A DNA stretch of 63,168 bases, the filler included. It is 9 parts of 9 records of this genome, joined end to end, with 100 filler letters (N's around TTAATTAATTAA, not from the genome) between each part and the next. Parts side by side here need not be neighbours in the genome. Positions count along the whole stretch, not along the records: positions 57,104 to 63,168 come from SRR31147125_6400; 8 more parts are not named here. One strand, 5' to 3'. The notes beneath the pieces were generated by a model. The model did not search any database. It was given only the letters and a program-made list of their open reading frames with translations, and was not told the DNA's origin. Of the stretch, positions 61,465-63,168 are shown piece by piece. Numbering within the stretch: the first letter of the stretch is position 1; the number at the start of each line of letters is the position of its first letter. A program made the position numbers and the translations under genes.

Positions 61465-63168
61465 CTAAAATTCTATCCTATAATTTACAATGGGGATAAT
61501 TCCGTTGTGGTACCAGTACTCTAAATCATCTGTTTCGTCATCAAAATATTGTCGGTATACATTATATCGATTGGTAACATTTTGTATATCGAACATAAAT
61601 GTGTGTGTTGCTTTTGGCTTATTGATTTTGAAACTAATGCCAAGGTCGATTCTATAGTATGCAGGAGCCTGGGCTGAATATCTTTTACCTTCTTTTATAA
61701 TGTCTTCATACTCGAAATAGTCCCAATCAAGATCTCCATAAATATTTTTTAGTGAATCAATTTTATTCCAGTCATATGCGTTGTATCGTTGTCCTCCTAA
61801 GAGTTTGAACTTGGTATTAACACCTAAAACGTTGTTTTTTCTCTTACCTACCTTCCATTCTTTTCCATACAATGAATTGAAAAGGTAGTTATTATTATAC
61901 CTGGTGTTAAAGGTTTTGCCATGCACTGTGTATTTCGAGTCGAATATAGAGGTAGTTAATAAGAAATAGCTGCCATTAGAAAGGCTCTTCTCGAATGTAA
62001 GATCGATTCCCATGTTTTGTCCTGTGCCGCTGTTATCGGCTGGTTTGGATCCAACAATATCCCATATCTCTGCTGTGTTTAGCAACGTTTCCAGGCTCGA
62101 TTTATCTTTTTCTACCGGAACATTATTCAGATATTGGTAATAAACTTCAGCTTTTATGCGTAGGTTTTCATTAATAATATAATCGTACCCCAGTACATAA
62201 TGGTTTGAGCTTATCAACTCAAGATTTTTGTTCGGCATAGTCCTGATTTCTGAATCCCCCTCTGATTCAATTAAGTATGTGGATGGATGCTCGGGCTTAC
62301 TGTGCATGCCTGCTGACAAACTCAGTTTATGTTTGGGGTTGAGCGAGAATTGCAACGCACCTCTTGGTTCGATGGTATAATTACCATTCAACGTTAAGTG
62401 ACTGTAATGCACTCCGCCAAGAAATGTAATAGATTCATTTATTCGATATTTCCACTGTGCATAACCTTGTATGAAACTTGTATTTCCGGAATTATCGAGT
62501 GCTTTCTTTAGCGTATCGGAATCCCAACGGTGGTGGAGTTTAAATTTGTAATCGTATAGATCGTAAATAAAGCCAGTCCGCAGCGTATGTTTTTTATTGA
62601 ATTTATGATTCAAACTGATATTCGCGCTGTACGTGTAATTTTTGAAATCAGAATCTTCGTCGAGTTGTTTGTCAAAATCAGAGTATGGATTTATCTCGTA
62701 TCCGAGTGCATAGTAATTATCCATGGTTGAGGCAAAAACTGATTTTAAATACGTTTTATCTGAAATCTGCAACATATGCGACAATCCAACAACATTTACA
62801 AACTGTGCTTCCTCGTATTCATATAAAACCGAATCTTCTTTTTCCCAGTCTTCCCATAAAGTAGAGTCAGTTTCGTATTCGCTCACAAAATTGTTGTAAC
62901 CTGCAAGCCCAAATACCGCAAAAGTTCCGGCTCGTTTTGTCGAGAAATTGAATTTGTACGAAATATCCTGATAAGTAGGCATAATGTCACCCAAAGAATT
63001 AAAAAATGGTTTTAGTAATCCCAAAGTTGAATACCGGTAATTTATGAGGTACGATGAAGAAGAACCTTCATAAAAGTATCCTTCGGTAGATGCTTCAACA
63101 CCCATGGCGCCAATCATAAACGATGATTCCCTTTTTTCGTTGTTACCCGTTCTAAATCTTATATCGAA
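61465..63168 (-). CDS. TonB-dependent outer-membrane receptor, 5' partial
   Basis: End of plug FDIRFRTGN, EPRG, YYRIDL, DIQNVTN, C-terminal YRIEF. Confidence 0.9.
   Translation of the reverse strand, partial: FDIRFRTGNNEKRESSFMIGAMGVEASTEGYFYEGSSSSYLINYRYSTLGLLKPFFNSLGDIMPTYQDISYKFNFSTKRAGTFAVFGLAGYNNFVSEYETDSTLWEDWEKEDSVLYEYEEAQFVNVVGLSHMLQISDKTYLKSVFASTMDNYYALGYEINPYSDFDKQLDEDSDFKNYTYSANISLNHKFNKKHTLRTGFIYDLYDYKFKLHHRWDSDTLKKALDNSGNTSFIQGYAQWKYRINESITFLGGVHYSHLTLNGNYTIEPRGALQFSLNPKHKLSLSAGMHSKPEHPSTYLIESEGDSEIRTMPNKNLELISSNHYVLGYDYIINENLRIKAEVYYQYLNNVPVEKDKSSLETLLNTAEIWDIVGSKPADNSGTGQNMGIDLTFEKSLSNGSYFLLTTSIFDSKYTVHGKTFNTRYNNNYLFNSLYGKEWKVGKRKNNVLGVNTKFKLLGGQRYNAYDWNKIDSLKNIYGDLDWDYFEYEDIIKEGKRYSAQAPAYYRIDLGISFKINKPKATHTFMFDIQNVTNRYNVYRQYFDDETDDLEYWYHNGIIPIVNYRIEF

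Overview
The window is not one locus. It is nine unrelated metagenomic contigs joined by 100-nt spacers (44 N + TTAATTAATTAA + 44 N): 1-5776, 5877-15309, 15410-25853, 25954-32056, 32157-38523, 38624-44891, 44992-51069, 51170-57003 and 57104-63168. Contents: (1) membrane Ser/Thr kinase-TPR, GAF-sigma54 activator and a lipoprotein behind a sigma54-like promoter; (2) Desulfobacterales-like sensory genes, an MmyB-type regulator and a pabB-pabC fusion; (3) manC, a VanX-type dipeptidase, an acidic lipoprotein, a Leu-dehydrogenase homolog lacking both active-site lysines, a specialised Hsp70/J-TPR pair, TMEM43 and a phosphoesterase; (4) a Fusobacteriota-like origin neighbourhood (Rep-type initiator ... 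yaaA-recF) with iteron-like repeats and an inserted barrel/FecR/YD-lipoprotein cassette; (5) a decaying TRAP-yiaK-dehydrogenase-uxuA sugar-acid operon; (6) a clostridial hydrogenase-type NuoE/NuoF cluster with no catalytic subunit after NuoF; (7-9) Bacteroidota contigs (URO-D family and GH38-like genes; Rid, S41, pnuC, nadR-like, cysK, cysE; ECF sigma cassette, TonB receptor, ~21-bp periodic DNA). Six genes on four contigs are split at short homopolymers, most likely sequencing error. No rRNA, tRNA, CRISPR array or transposase was recognised. Best candidates for new biology are the Rep-initiator/iteron-like origin, the pseudo-dehydrogenase, the kinase-sigma54 cassette and the 21-bp periodic array. 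Taxonomic and family calls come from motif recognition only; no searches were run.
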